Source of the DNA: Amoebophrya sp. A120
Lineage: Eukaryota > Protista > Dinoflagellata
Direction of reading: 5' to 3'
DNA: 64,000 bases
NCBI GenBank assembly: GCA_905178155.1
Contig: CAJINV010000012.1
Coordinates: forward strand, 2,268,131-2,332,130
The notes under the pieces were generated by a model. It was given only the letters and a program-made list of their open reading frames with translations, did not search any database and had not been told where the DNA came from. Within the stretch, counting starts at the first letter, position 1; every line of letters starts with the position of its first letter. A program made the translations under genes and the position numbers. Shown here one piece after another: positions 11,882-24,784 of this stretch.

Positions 11882-13313
11882 GATTTTTTAACGACCTGTA
11901 TATGATAAAGCAATCGATATCCTTTATTGCAGTACAACTACAAAGACAAATTACTGTATTTTCTACAGTAAAACTGTCTTTCTAGATTGATAGTACCTCA
12001 ACCGTAAGAGGGCACCAGACGTAACTGAGCGCTTTCGCTTTATACGACGACGAAGGCATGCGTCTCTTTATTTTCGATGACCTTCCCTTGCAGAAAGTGA
12101 AAGTTCTTGCAAGTTACGATTGCTAACGAAGGAGGTAACGCGCTTGAAGCGATATCACGACGAGTAGTTCACAAGTGTAGTTGGAGAGTAGAGCGAGCGC
12201 TACAACCTCAACAAATGCATCCAACGAAGTACGTGGTAACACCGTCTTCAACTACAAATAAATCTACCTTGGGGGCGCGGTCGCTCCACGCTCTGCGGCT
12301 CAATTGCTTAAATAGTGGACATTTCGTTTACGACGAGAACGAGCAGAGACGATATCGATGCTCAGTGCGACACAAGCATGAAACACGAGGACTGGTACCG
12401 GAGATAAGAACATGGAGAAAACCATCTCGGACAGCTCACCGAGCGAGAGGAGCTGCAAGTGCAACTCTACCTGCATTCACTTTTATTAGGCATCCCACGA
12501 TCGACTTTTCCTTATTCAGGATTATCCGGAAGATCGTGTCAGACAGTGCAGCTGTATTATTCTCGAAAAGTTGAAATTCGGCTGTTGGTACAAACGGGTG
12601 ACAATATTAACTCGTCTACGCTCACCGAAAAATCCACCAGCAAATCAAAATTTCCAAAAATTGAGCAGGAGTAAAGGAAATAAAATAGAGTGCAATACTA
12701 TCTTCGCTTCATCGAGCCCACTCAAGGACAACTATTTTGCAAGGATAACGTATTTCAAATAAGGTTTCAAATAACAAGGCATTTACCAGACCACAAGCTC
12801 TAAAATAGAGTTGTCAAAATTTTCAATCTACAGTTTTACTTTTTTCTTCACAAACGTGTTTGATTTTGCAGTTTCTCAGCAATGCATTTGCTTGGACCAA
12901 CTTAAAGATATTCGCGATAGTCACGAAGATTCGTTTCTTGCAGTGAAGACAAGAAAACAAGACAATTTTGTTTGATTCGTCAATTATGATGATAAAAATT
13001 TCCGGCAGCTCGTCGTGTTGATTTCGGAGTCTCGCCGGCAATGATAAAGTCATTATTTGCGACGGTTTCAGTTTGCAATTTTTTTGTCGCGTTCAACTTG
13101 GTACAACTGATTTTTGCCTATAGGATGAAACAGTGACACACAGTGCTGAAAGCTAGTACTTAAAAAAGAAAGCTCTGCTTCTGTCTTGCGATCAGAAGTC
13201 CTCGATAGCGCAGGGAGCTATCGCGAAGATTCCAGTTCTCGTTTGGATCAAGTGAAAGCGTTAGACGAATTCCGAATACAACAGCTTGAGCTTGTACTCT
13301 CGACCCTATCTTA

Positions 13314-16300
13314 TCACGCATTTATCGGCGGGTGGTTGTCTGTGTATTCTTCCTGCTCGCCCGGACGGGAAGACGTGGAGAGCTGCATGATATGATCATC
13401 GTCGTCCGCCCCTATAACTCGATCAGCACTCTCATTTTCTAAGTGGGTAATGTCATTCAAGGCGTCCAGCGCAGAGACGTTCCCTGCTGCCATCGTATAA
13501 TTCCGACCGAAGGAAAAAGACGACCCGCTTGCATTTTTCGCACAAGAGCTGGACCACCTGCGCAATCTCAAACTCACTTCGTGCAGGAATTCGGGACTCG
13601 CGATGGTGAGATCCCTGCTCGGCGGCTGGGGCTTTATTTTGTTGTCATAAGTTTGACGTCGATCACCCTGCCGCGATTTTGACTGGTTTTGATTTCTATC
13701 TGCGTATATTTCCCTTCTAGTGTTCGCGGTGGACCAGGACCGAAACAGCCCTGCTTCAGCCGGTGCAGGAGCTGATTGACCACGGTCGTCGTTGTAGCAG
13801 TTGCTGTCATGTGGTGGATCTTCCCGATGGCCATCAGTGGTTGATGTTTCGCCGCCGGCGCGGTCCACCAAGTCATCTTGTGCACCTCCTGTTTTAACAC
13901 TCACCGTCGGCCGGCGGAACTGTTGCAACAGTACCCCATCGGACGAGGCCCTCGGCGGAAGATCTTCATGCAATCCAGATTCTGGATCCAAGGCGACAGT
14001 CCCAGTCGTTCCATCCTGCTCTTCCGGCATCAAACTCGGAGACGGTCGCGGGTTGATCAGTTTTGCCCGTCGGGTTGGAGGTCTAGCCGTGGACAAATGT
14101 TGTTGTTGACTGTTTGAGGATGTCTCAGGGAAAAGGATCCCCCCGCCGGGTGTCCTGCTCGCGTTGCTGGCTGACGTCGTATAATCCGGCGACCTGTCGT
14201 CTGGTGTGTCTTCCCTTTATCCAAGAAAAAACACCAATTCCCATCCAATTCTTTGTCATGCAAAACATGCAGCATACGCTGCATGAGTCATGCTGAACTA
14301 GGTGGGGATAGGTTGATTTTTTCTGTGAATACGCTTACAGTGTAGTGGTCCACATGGTGATCATCGTGTTGTAGTTGGTCTCTTGCGGGGCTAGGGCTGA
14401 TGCTGGTTCCACGTATTTTCTCAATAAGATCTCTACTCGACGAGAGTGCAGCGGCCTCGTGGAGAATCTTCATAGAACTGGTCGCAGCACCAGTACTGCT
14501 AGCCGAACGAGTCTCGTTTTCTTGGGTCCGTGGCGGAGGAACAACATCAGAAGTAGCCACATGACCCCTACTACTAGCTGCACCTACCCCCCCTTCCGGC
14601 GGCGGTGGACTCGCAACACCAGCTACAGACGCCGACTCCTGCCGCGGCTGGAAAGGGACACTATGATCTCCCAGCGGTGTGAGAAAGCCCGGTTTGTTAG
14701 TGCCAAGAGGTGCATGTCCTTCATGTTCTTGGTCGTTCTCGCCTTCCTCGCGAGGCAGCGGATTTGTTTCCGCTCTATCACCGGCGTCAGGCGATGCCGT
14801 CATGGAGAGAAAATCGGTGCCGGATTCGACATCTTCTGCAGCCCCCGGTGAGGGGGATGGCGAAGCGGATATACTGCGACTCGTCGGGGGCTGAGCTCTA
14901 CCACCACCTTCAATATTACCACTTGCCAGATAATTGCCGGGAGACGCACGACCATCTGCGACTGGGGATCCAGAAGGTTCCCTCCGGTTCCGGTTGCTGC
15001 GACCTCCTGGTGCTGCCGAATTCGTACTTGCTTCGGGTGCGGTCCTCGTTCTTTGTAATTGGCCAGCGGTGGGCGCTTTCTCGGGAAAAATGTTACCTGC
15101 GGGCGCAGTGAGCCACCGCTCTAGTGAAGTTAGACTGTTCACACGAGGATTTCTTGGCCCAGTCGAAGATGCGCCGTCACCAGGAAGATCCGCGCGAACG
15201 CCATGCTCCGGAGTGTGGTGATTATTGACGCCGTTCCGTTGTTCTTTGCGGTCGTGGTGTTTATTGCGAGGCAAGTTGCGCTGTTGCTGTTGCTGCTGCT
15301 TTGAAGCTGCACTACTGGAAGATCCAGCAATTGCAGGTATCGGAAGCGTCAAGGTAGACGTCGGCGACAGAGAAACGGCTTTCGGTGGTCGACCGTGCTT
15401 GTTCGACGACGTGGTCCCGATTTTCTTCTGACTCTGATTTTTACCAGATGAACCTGCATGCGGCAGGAGAACAATTTGACCGCTACCCGCGCCCAGCTGC
15501 GTAGAAGTTGCGCTGCGCCCGCTTAGATGTATGCCCTTGCCATGATTCCCATTGCCTGTTCCTGAATGGACAGAAGTCGTAGATTGATGCACAGAGTTTC
15601 TGTCGTGTGCAGTCATCCGCATCCTTTCGCGCTCAACAAGAACGACCTGATCGCTGTCGTTACTACCAGCACTACTAGAGGCCGCTGCCGTGCCCGAATT
15701 TGCAGCTCCTCCTGCAGCACTAGAGCCACCACCACCACCACCAGCCGCTGCCACGCCGCCTTTAATACCTTGTTGAAGAGTAGATCCGCTACCACCATTC
15801 GATCCAGCATTCTGCTCCCGAATTAGAGTTGTACTACCGCCCCCGCCTAGATTCAGCAACGCCGTGGTTTTCGTGGTCAAGTACTGGAAGACAAACACCG
15901 TGTGCGGCGCCAACACGATCAACAACGCCAGAACCAGCGCTATCGCTGCAAGGGTTAGGAGAAAGTAAATCAGCCGCTTCTTCATGGCGTAGTGTTTCGT
16001 GTGATGGTGCGCTGGTGACGTAGTTGTTCCGGTGAAGGGCGAACCCGAATTGTTCAGGTTAGCTTTGATGTTCGCAATCGTAGTTGATGTCACGCCTTGT
16101 GATGTTGTAGTTAGTACTACACCGTGTTTAATATTTTTCATCTTGATCAACATGCGCTGCGGTGTGGATTTCGAAACACCAGGTGAAGTAGATGACTGCT
16201 GCTCTCCAAACTGCCGTCTGCGGTTCTTTGGCAAGCGGAACTTCTTCTGGACCAACTTTTCATTGACAATCTTCATCCGGTTCGCCGGGGTTAGGTTCGG

Positions 16301-19079
16301 GCTGGTGTTGGTGTGCAGGTAACTCGTCGTGGTGGAAGACGAACAAGTGCGAATGCCGATTTCCTCGTCAATTTGGTGCTGCTGTTGATGTCCACCGTCT
16401 TCTCCAGTGTGGGTCGTCGCGCCCGGCGGGGCGTTGTCGTCGTGAAGCATAATTTCGTCGTGGTGGAGATGATTATCGTGCTGCCCCTGCTCAGGAGAAC
16501 ATCCCCCCTCAGAGGACAGAAACTCGTCTTCAACTAGAAGGGAATCATCTTCCTCCTCGTCCTCCTCGTCTCTGTCTAATATCTCGTCCACCGCGGGGCC
16601 GCTGCAACTCTGGAGACTGGACATACTCGGCGGCGCGGGTGCTGAAGAAGGGTTTTTTCGGTGCATATGATTTTGTTCCTGCCACTTGTTGTTTCTGCTT
16701 ACACCCACCTGCCCACGAAGCTGTGGCTGCGCGCTGTGTTGCAGCGCAGTAGTAGCTCCGCGGAGATGATGAATCTTCGTCGGGACGAATGAATTCTGGT
16801 GTTGCAACTGCAGCTCTCGGCCGCGGGGGTTCTTACTGCTCATCTGCAAAAGATTCATTTGATGCAACGGCTGTCCTGATATAGTAACCGAAGACGCGCT
16901 GTTCGTCTGTGTCTGGAGCTGAGTATGTTTCGCGGTTGTGCTTGTTACAACTGCTTCTCCAGAAGCGCAAGATGCACACGACACATTTCCGCAGGTGCTG
17001 GGCGAGCCTGTCACGTTCGCATTGTTTCGATAGTTCGAACTCTTGCTCTCCGACAAGTAAGGCTTGCTCGCCAGCAGTGGCTTCGAAAACAAGCGGGGGC
17101 CCGCCCCAGTTCTCGCAGCGGTTTGGCCACTTAGATGACCAGTGAGCGCTGCGCTGGAGCCAGGTCGTAACAAGCTCCCTTGATGTATGGGAGTGTCAGG
17201 ATTTAAATCGTCAGAGTTGAAATAGTTTGTGATGCATAAAATGCAAGACACAAAGTGCTTGTCTTGCTGAGTAAGCAAGGGAGGCAGATTGTAAGCCTGT
17301 TGAGGGGTAGAAACTGAGCTGCTGAAGTAGCATGACAAAAGGCGTATGCCTTACCCAAAAAGCATGACCAACTGGATTTCGGCTCTACCCAAATTTGTCA
17401 TGCGCCACTTGGAAAATGGGTTACAGCTTTGTTTCATCCATTTTATGCATGACAAGTTATCTCAACTTTGTCGATTTCAATCCTGACACATCCATATGAT
17501 GATGGTAATGCGTAGTTCTAGGCGGGTCGCAGGACCGAGACAGGCAGTCGGTGAAATGAGAAGGAGAGCTACAACTTCCGCGCCGGAGGTCATTAACTAC
17601 ATGAGGATAGTTGTGCACCACGACCTGCTCCTGCTGCCCGTCGTGATGTAATCCTTTATTGTGGGGGTCCAGATCTGCTCCGTAGAGCTGCCTCTGGTGC
17701 AGGTCATGATGCTGCAAAAAGTTCGTGTGACCTTGACCGGGTCCAACACCTCCAAACGTGGCTAGTACCCGCGACTCTTCCGATAGAAATTCTTCGCGAA
17801 AAGATTCCTCCCCAATGAACCTGGTCTCGTCCTGATGCACTGCGCGTGGAATAAAGCTGCGTTTGGTGGCGGACGAGGAGGAAGAGTACGTTCTTCTGCC
17901 CATAATCCCCCCTGGTACTACGCTGTTTTTCGACAACTGTGGCGACGAATGGGTCGGAAGAAAAATCCGGTCGCAGCTGCGACTAAGCCTCGGAATTTGA
18001 TGTTGCGTTGTTCGTGGAACAGAAGTACTAATATCCAAGGCCGCGGGCGGAGAAATGCCGCCGTCGGTTTCGCTGTCGGTGGGAAATAAATGAGGCTGGT
18101 GGTGGCTTGGGGCACGTGGTTCTCGTTGATGCCCGGCGGGGGCTCCTCTAGTACCGTCCTGAAGATGCGAGGCACCACGCTCCAATCGGCTAAGCTTCGT
18201 GTGACCACGCCGCTGATGTTGATCAGAGGGAGCTGCTCCTTCTTCCGCATCACGCGGTGCAACATCTTCTTCGTCCCCAGCGTGGCTCCGCGTTCTTCGG
18301 TGTTTTTGTTTTCTGCTGCTTGTTCTTTTCAGCGACAGCGCCACAGCTCTACTTCGGTCAACCACGTGGTGGCCCTTGCCTCCAGCATGATCCTCTGTGT
18401 TCTCGAGATTCTGCTCATTTTCGTTTTCCCCCGCTGGTAGAGAGGAAGAAAATAACGAACTCGAGCTTGTCGCTCTCGATAAGTGCAAGGCGTCTTCCAG
18501 GTTCTCCAAAAGCGACAAGACCGTCTCATCTTCTGGCTTGCAACCCCCATGTTGACCTGCGCCAGAAGTACTAGCGCCCGAATTGTTGTTCCCAAAATTC
18601 AGGTCCTGCTCGGAATATGGCGGGGAAATGATCTGCGACACAAACGCGCTGGTGTTAGCACTAGTATTTATTCCGGTTACCAGGTTCACAGGAGTGGATT
18701 GGTTCAGCTTCGCCGTTTGTCTCCCGTGCTTCGTCGCACTCTGGACACTCGTGGTCCTACGAAGGGAACAAGAAGCAGACGGCGCTGTAGCTGCAGCAAC
18801 GCTGCTGTTCGCATGCGGAAGAGAACGAGCGTGGTCGAGTGGATCGAGGTTCTCCTTCTGCTCCTCCGCTTCGGGTAGGGAGTGCAACCTTGGTAATAAA
18901 ACCGGATCCCGGGCCATTTTAATGTTCTTTGCGGAGCAGGTCTGCGGCGGCTGCGGGCGGTGGGGAAGTGATCCTCCTTGCAGTTGATCGTCCTGCTCTG
19001 GGGGCAAGTAGGAGGTATTGCGGAATGAATTCTGGGCAATGACGTTCTCATGGTCGTGTGGCTCGCCGATCATTGCCAT
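13314..19079 (-). CDS. Very large low-complexity (Ser/His/Gln-rich) protein with one central TM segment; 2 introner introns
   Basis: ORFs 17457-19100, 14288-17338 and 13314-14096 join in frame on removing 17186-17496 (HYHH|QGSL) and 14218-14331 (TVS|EDTP). TM segment LIYFLLTLAAIALVLALLIVL. The start is taken as the first in-frame ATG. Confidence 0.7.
14218..14331. mobile_element. Introner family F (degenerate)
   Basis: TATCCAAGAAAAAA...TTTTTTCTGTGAATA; TSD CCCTT/CGCTT; similar to 60696-60804; restores frame. Confidence 0.8.
17186..17496. mobile_element. Introner family G
   Basis: TATGGGAGTGTCAGGATTTAAATCG / CGATTTCAATCCTGACACATCCATA; TSD TGATG; homologous along its length to 47343-47649. 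Confidence 0.92.
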
Positions 19080-19760
19080 TACAAGGAGCTGTACCTGCAC
19101 CAGCGAGGTGGCTGCTCCCGCGGGGAAGAAAACAAAACAAGAACGACGCGATGCTGAGAGGACGAAGTCGATGTTCGTTCCTCAGAAGACTCATTTTAGT
19201 GTGGTTTCAACAGACAAAATAAAGAGGAAGCAGTGCTGTAATTCCCGGCCAAGAAGGACAACATTTACAACGTGATACTCACATACAAGCACAAATTGTA
19301 AGAAATGACCTGCTGGCTCCCTTCGGGATAAAAAGCTACGACCTAGAAACGAATTGTTAAAAACGATTCTGACAAAAATAATGCGTGTACCATGTACAAA
19401 TTCGTATACCATGTACAAGAACTTTTGTGTTTTTTTGAAAGCGACGGCAAGGTCTCTCGAGCAGGGGGAGGGGCAAGCGAACAAAACCTTACGGGGGAAT
19501 ACTACCCTCAAAACCATCCTGGTGCATCATCTCTAATCCATGAACAAGAAACGTAAAACGTGGTTATCGGAACCAATGTAGTTTTGTTTGATTGTGTTTT
19601 GTCGTGGTAACAGGATGAAATTGAAATTTATTCCCTGATATAATACCAGAAACACAGCGGAAAAGATGTCGCTTGTGGTTGGTGCCGAAAGAGTAGAGTT
19701 CTTGCCGTTGGAAAAACGTATAGAAGCGCCGCAAGCAGGACTTGTTGTCGTCGTATTCTT

Positions 19761-21958
19761 TTACTTCATCCTTTTCCAGTAGAAATTCCAATCCAGCAAT
19801 TTTCCCAACTCAAGTTCCCGTTCGATGAACAGATTGGGGTCAAATTTCTTAAATTCATCGGCCCACTCATCGTCCAGTTCCCAGATGTCGATCAACTCCA
19901 ATTCCCACAGCTTGCCCGCCATGAGCACACAGTACAACGCGTCCCATTTGCTGTTCCACTTGAATCCGTTTTCTCCATCTAAAGCCTCGAGCTGTCCGCA
20001 GAACGCTTCCGCGGTATCGCGGGTTTTACTCCCGAATTCGATTATCTCCGTCCACTGCTTGCAGAGGTTGCGGGACTCGAGGGAGCATTGTTTGATCGCC
20101 GTTGGGGCGCTGAGAAACTCCGGCTTCGAATTATCTTTGTCTACGCTAGCTGCTTCTCCTTCTGCTGCTGCATTTTCTTGGCTTATTATCTTTGCCTGCA
20201 CCAATAGTGGTTTCAGAATTTCTATTGCGTCGCTACATCGAAATCTGTTTTCCATTTTTTCCTCCAATAGCCCGCTCATTAAGGTCGTAAATGGTGTGCC
20301 CGGCTTTAATTTTTGCTTAAACTCCGCCAACTCCTTGAATGCGTCTCTGTCCCGCTCCGCTTGTATCGTTTTTTTCTGCAGAATCTCGGAGAAGATCACA
20401 CCCATGGACCACATATCCGCCCGTTCGTCGTAGTCCTGTCGGCCCTGAACCACCTCGGGTGCGATGTACGTACTTGTGCCGACCTATCAACCGCAAATAT
20501 GTCTGGGTCTGGAAGAGTGCAAGGCTTGTCATGCATGTTTTCCATGACCCATAACGCCTGTAATGCATGACCTAGCCTCACAGAGTTTTACAAGGCTTCC
20601 TGATGCCTATTCCGCATGTCAAATGCCCTCCCCGCGTAGCACAAACTGGAGCTGGACTCCTCTTGATGGTCATGCAATACAAATCTCTTTCGAATCCAAA
20701 CACAGCATCACAAGTTCCATCCGTCCAGGCCCAGACACATTTGCAATGCATACGACCTCTGCGGTGAGCTTCTGCTTGTTCCCCTCGGCGTTTTTGTTCT
20801 GCTTCTTCCCTTATCAAATGTAAAAATGTCTGGGTCTGGAAGAATTCATGTTTGTCATGCTTGTCTGGCATGACTCTTAAATCTGTCATGCACGTTACCC
20901 AAGAGCTCCGTTTTTCTGTGATGCAGAAGCGCAGTTTGTCATGCAGAATAGGCAACACCTAGGAGCTCAGAAACTTGTCATGCTGAGCCAGCATTTGTAG
21001 CCTCATCATGAGACGCCACCCAGCATCACAATTTTCCAGACCCAGACATTTTTACATTTGATATCTCGTGTTTTTCCTTCCGTTTTTGAGAAGCGGATTT
21101 CTTGGATTTTCTCACATTTTTATCTTCTTTGTGGTCGGAGAAAACGGGATCCTTGCCGAAGAACTTGCACAGGGAGAAGTCGATTAAAACGGGTTTCAGC
21201 ATCGTGGTTGGTTTACTAGAAGATGTTGCTGGAGTTTTATTCCCATTCCCGGATGAAGCAGTTGTTGGTGCCGCACCAGCTCCAGCGACTTCTTCGTCGT
21301 AAACCATGATGTTGTCCGACTTCAGGTCTCGGTGCATGATCCCCAAATCGTGGAGGAATTTTAACGCGAGAAGGCTGTAGTACATGATGGAGAGAGAGTC
21401 CTTCTGCTTCGTTAGCTGCATGTATGAGAGTGCACAACTCCTCCTTCTCCCCCTCATTTGTATAGCATGACCAGCAAAAATACAAACACCAGCTCCAGCA
21501 CACGTGTATTTGTGCATGACAAGTAGCTTATGCACGGATTGTAGTGCTGTTCTTTGAGCTTCCAGCATTTGTCATGCAAACAGGGGAGGGGGACGAGTTG
21601 TGCACTGTCATAGCTTGTTCTCGATCAAGTGGTAAAGATCTGACTTAAACTTGGGCATGATCATGCACAGCCCGCCCTCTTCGATCGTCGTGATGTCCAA
21701 GCACGGGATAATTTCCCGCGGGTAGTCCCTTATCTGGCTCAGCAGCCGCAGCATGGCGATCTCACGGAGCACGGCGGAATCGATGTCACCTTCGTCGGAC
21801 TCCTCGAAGCGTTTGGCGGCAAATTCCTCCCCGTCCTCGTTGTACACCACCATAACGGAGCCGAAGGACCCCTCGCCGAGCGCGTTGGTTCGGAAGTAGG
21901 CGCCATGTTGGAGGGGCTTGATTTTTGCTGGCGGTGTCAGTACCACGGGGGTCGTCAT
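19761..21958 (-). CDS. CDK-like (CMGC) Ser/Thr kinase with a C-terminal cyclin-box-like domain; 3 introner introns
   Basis: Kinase motifs LGEGSFG, FAAK, DIDSAVLREIAML (PSTAIRE position), HRDLKSDN, DFS and DMWSMG. The segment LTAEVGTSTYIAPE forms only after introner removal. Confidence 0.85.
20485..20752. mobile_element. Introner family A
   Basis: GCAAATATGTCTGGGTCTGGA / TCCAGGCCCAGACACATTTGC; TSD CGACC; splits the kinase activation loop EV|GT. Confidence 0.92.
20812..21063. mobile_element. Introner family A
   Basis: TIR TATCAAATGTAAAAATGTCTGGGTCTGGAA; imperfect TSD TCCCT/TCTCG; element plus 5 nt restores frame. Confidence 0.88.
21423..21612. mobile_element. Introner family C
   Basis: TATGAGAGTGCACAACTC / GAGTTGTGCACTGTCATA; TSD GCATG/GCTTG; homologous to 9677-9892. 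Confidence 0.88.
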
Positions 21959-22459
21959 TTTGGTGTGCGAGGGCGGTCGGTGTCGCGGCTTATTGTTATT
22001 TCAAGTCCAACATGCGAAAACAAAATTAAAATATGAAGATGAACTGTAATCTCAGTTGCCTTAGATACCGCATAGGTTCGGTTCCGCTGTCTTGTGAGTG
22101 CTAGACTGATCAAGAAAATTTAGAGCCTGAGCAAGAGCCTGTGGGATCTTGACTACCTTCAGCTTCATGATCACGTACTTTACTATACATCCACAGCAAA
22201 GTAGTGGCCCATCACCTCTGAAATCTGGCTCCTGAGCAAAAGATGCACAGCGCACCAGCTTGCACTCAAAAGCATTTAGTGAAGAACTTGCACATTTATC
22301 GTCGTAATTTCGTATACATGTCCTGAACAAGGAGTCGGTGCCGCAGCACTGAAAAGGCCGCTGCGGGAGCTGTGGCAAGCCAGAGGAAGACTGGCAAATA
22401 AATCGCGCCAACAATTTCGCTGCTTCATTCGTCGCTACTTCAATACTTATCCACTTCAT

Positions 22460-24784
22460 TTACAGTTTCACAAATCGAAATTCGTGCAGTCCCTGTTTCC
22501 GGATATCCTCTACCAGCAGCGCAACGGCCGCTTCCGACCACTGCTGGTTGCAGCAGAAGAAAATTCTCCCCCCAACCGCCGCGATCACTGGCTTCCCAGC
22601 ATATTTCTCTTCTCCAACTGTCGTTCGAAACAAAGTTTCCTTCCGTCTGTTCCACTGATCCGCGACTTGCTGGGCGAAGAAGGCAGGGAAAGAATCGGGC
22701 GATTTTCCTGTGCGGTTGAAAAAGTCAACATCTGGCTCGAGCGGCTTTGTTCGGTCATAAGGGAAGAGAGTACGGACGCGGATGGAGAAAGAGACAAGAG
22801 AATTTTTCCTTTCAGAGGATGTGCCTGCTGATGGAGTTGCGACGGCAGCCTCTTGCGCCAGCAGGTCGTCTTCAACACTCGCTACCTCTCGTAACCGCTC
22901 CAATACCTTTGAACTGCTCTGCGGTGCTGCATTTGCTGAAGATGCCGCGCAGCTTGCAGGCCCCTCTAACTCCTCCGCAATCTCCTCTTCACTCACGCCT
23001 GCTCTGTCCAAATTGGTCCCGATCAACGTCAGTTTTGAGTAGGGCGTGATCCCGTTTTCCCAATCTTCCACGGTCAAATCCATCCGGTAATCCCCGCTCA
23101 AATTCCACACCCACTTCTGCTTTCCCACATGCAGCACACCCTTGGCGCGCCATATTGAGATGGTGGTACTCGTCGTCGTCGCTGCGTGAGAATTCCCGTC
23201 CAGTTTGGTGCTGGTGAATCTCGCCGACAACCCGCTGAGGAACCGCAAGACGTTCCCTATTTCCAACGAGGTCAAGGACTTGTTGTAGTCCAAGGTTCCA
23301 AATTGCGGTATCAAATGGTCTAGCGCGACCTCGTTTTCTTCACGGCGTTTTTCGCGCTTTATTTTCTTCGATGAAATTGATGCTGTATTTGTCGCTGCTA
23401 GATTTCCATCGCCTGCGGCTCCGGTGAAATCGCCAGCAGCATGATCATCCTCATCCTCATCATCGCTCGGTTCCTCATTCAAATACGGATCTAACACTTT
23501 CAGCGTCTCGCTCTGTTCGTGTGACACCACTCTAGCGCCGGTGTGATCGGAATTCGTGCTGGTAACCGCGAGAATTTTGGAAATCGCCACGTCCCGCATC
23601 ATGGCCCCTGCGATGGTGATTGGCAGAGAGGTGGGAGAGGATGATAGATTTTTCCCCGAAGATGTTGCAATGTTGAGTTTCTTCAAAATCCTCTCGACCA
23701 ATTCGTCTCTTCTCCTTTCCTCTTCTTCTGGCGAGACAATCTCCTCGCAGATGAAAAACGACCCGTCTTCCGGAGAGCTGTCGGTGCTAGCGGGGCCAAC
23801 AGGCTCAAGGGCACTGTCTCCGCCTTCTGTCGGACGACTCGTCCTTTTATCACAACTTCCCGCCCCAGCCCCATAAACCTCCTCCAGCAAAAACTCCAGT
23901 TTGTTCAAAACCAGCGAATCAGCGTTTTCCAGCTGCCGGAAGACCAGCTCCATTTTCGCTTCATCATACTCCAACACTTCTGAGCAGTCGATGACGCAAA
24001 CCACTTGGTCTAATCGCACCCGGTACAGGCTCCCAAAGCTTTTGTTCATCATGTCGCAGACGCGAAATGGGTCCTCCGCCCCGGACAATTCCAGCAAAAC
24101 GTAGTCGAGATTCCCCTCATCGATCCCCTCGGTCAAAAAAATCTTCAACGTGCTCGTCAGCGAAGATTCATAATTCGCGCGGTCGCACCCGCAGCAGCCG
24201 CCGCCGTGCAAGGGGATGACCCACCCCTGGTGCTTAATCTGCGCGAAAAGGCCGTGGTCGGATTTATCCTTGAAAAAACCGTTCAGAGAGCGGCCGGAAA
24301 TTGCGAAGTCATGGTTGCTGGTCGTATAGTTGGTCCCTTGTTGGCCGCCGTGGCGGTGGACACCAAGAGTTTTATTTGTGTCGTTTTGATAGTTTTTGTC
24401 CTCCTCGACGTCGTCGTCCGGCGTTTTGCAAATATTCCCGTCCTCTTCGCGAAGATTTGAAACACCTTCATTTTTTCTCGCCTTGTCCCCTGCGATTAAA
24501 TGTGAATCAATGTTCACCGTGGCCGCCTCGTGGACACAGGTCGCAAGGCGTAAATTCAACCGATTGTTGCAGACATGGCGAAGCAAAGTGGTTTTTCCGC
24601 TACCGAGAAAACCGGTTACCACGACGATTGGCAGGGCCTTTTTGCGCTTTTTCGCGAAAATCGCGTAGTGCTCCTCCCGTTTTAAGCTTTGGAGTTCACG
24701 GAGAATGGTGGCGTCGGACAGAGGATTTGTCGGGTGACTCGCAACTCCATTTTGATGGGGACGGCTTTGGGGGGCCATGACCAT
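22460..24784 (-). CDS. CobW/COG0523 (G3E) metallochaperone GTPase, intronless
   Basis: VVTGFLGSGKTTLL, Cys cluster GCCGC, ELSG, QLENADSLVLNK and CobW_C-like WRAKGVL. Confidence 0.85.
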   Translation of the reverse strand: MVMAPQSRPHQNGVASHPTNPLSDATILRELQSLKREEHYAIFAKKRKKALPIVVVTGFLGSGKTTLLRHVCNNRLNLRLATCVHEAATVNIDSHLIAGDKARKNEGVSNLREEDGNICKTPDDDVEEDKNYQNDTNKTLGVHRHGGQQGTNYTTSNHDFAISGRSLNGFFKDKSDHGLFAQIKHQGWVIPLHGGGCCGCDRANYESSLTSTLKIFLTEGIDEGNLDYVLLELSGAEDPFRVCDMMNKSFGSLYRVRLDQVVCVIDCSEVLEYDEAKMELVFRQLENADSLVLNKLEFLLEEVYGAGAGSCDKRTSRPTEGGDSALEPVGPASTDSSPEDGSFFICEEIVSPEEEERRRDELVERILKKLNIATSSGKNLSSSPTSLPITIAGAMMRDVAISKILAVTSTNSDHTGARVVSHEQSETLKVLDPYLNEEPSDDEDEDDHAAGDFTGAAGDGNLAATNTASISSKKIKREKRREENEVALDHLIPQFGTLDYNKSLTSLEIGNVLRFLSGLSARFTSTKLDGNSHAATTTSTTISIWRAKGVLHVGKQKWVWNLSGDYRMDLTVEDWENGITPYSKLTLIGTNLDRAGVSEEEIAEELEGPASCAASSANAAPQSSSKVLERLREVASVEDDLLAQEAAVATPSAGTSSERKNSLVSFSIRVRTLFPYDRTKPLEPDVDFFNRTGKSPDSFPAFFAQQVADQWNRRKETLFRTTVGEEKYAGKPVIAAVGGRIFFCCNQQWSEAAVALLVEDIRKQGLHEFRFVKL

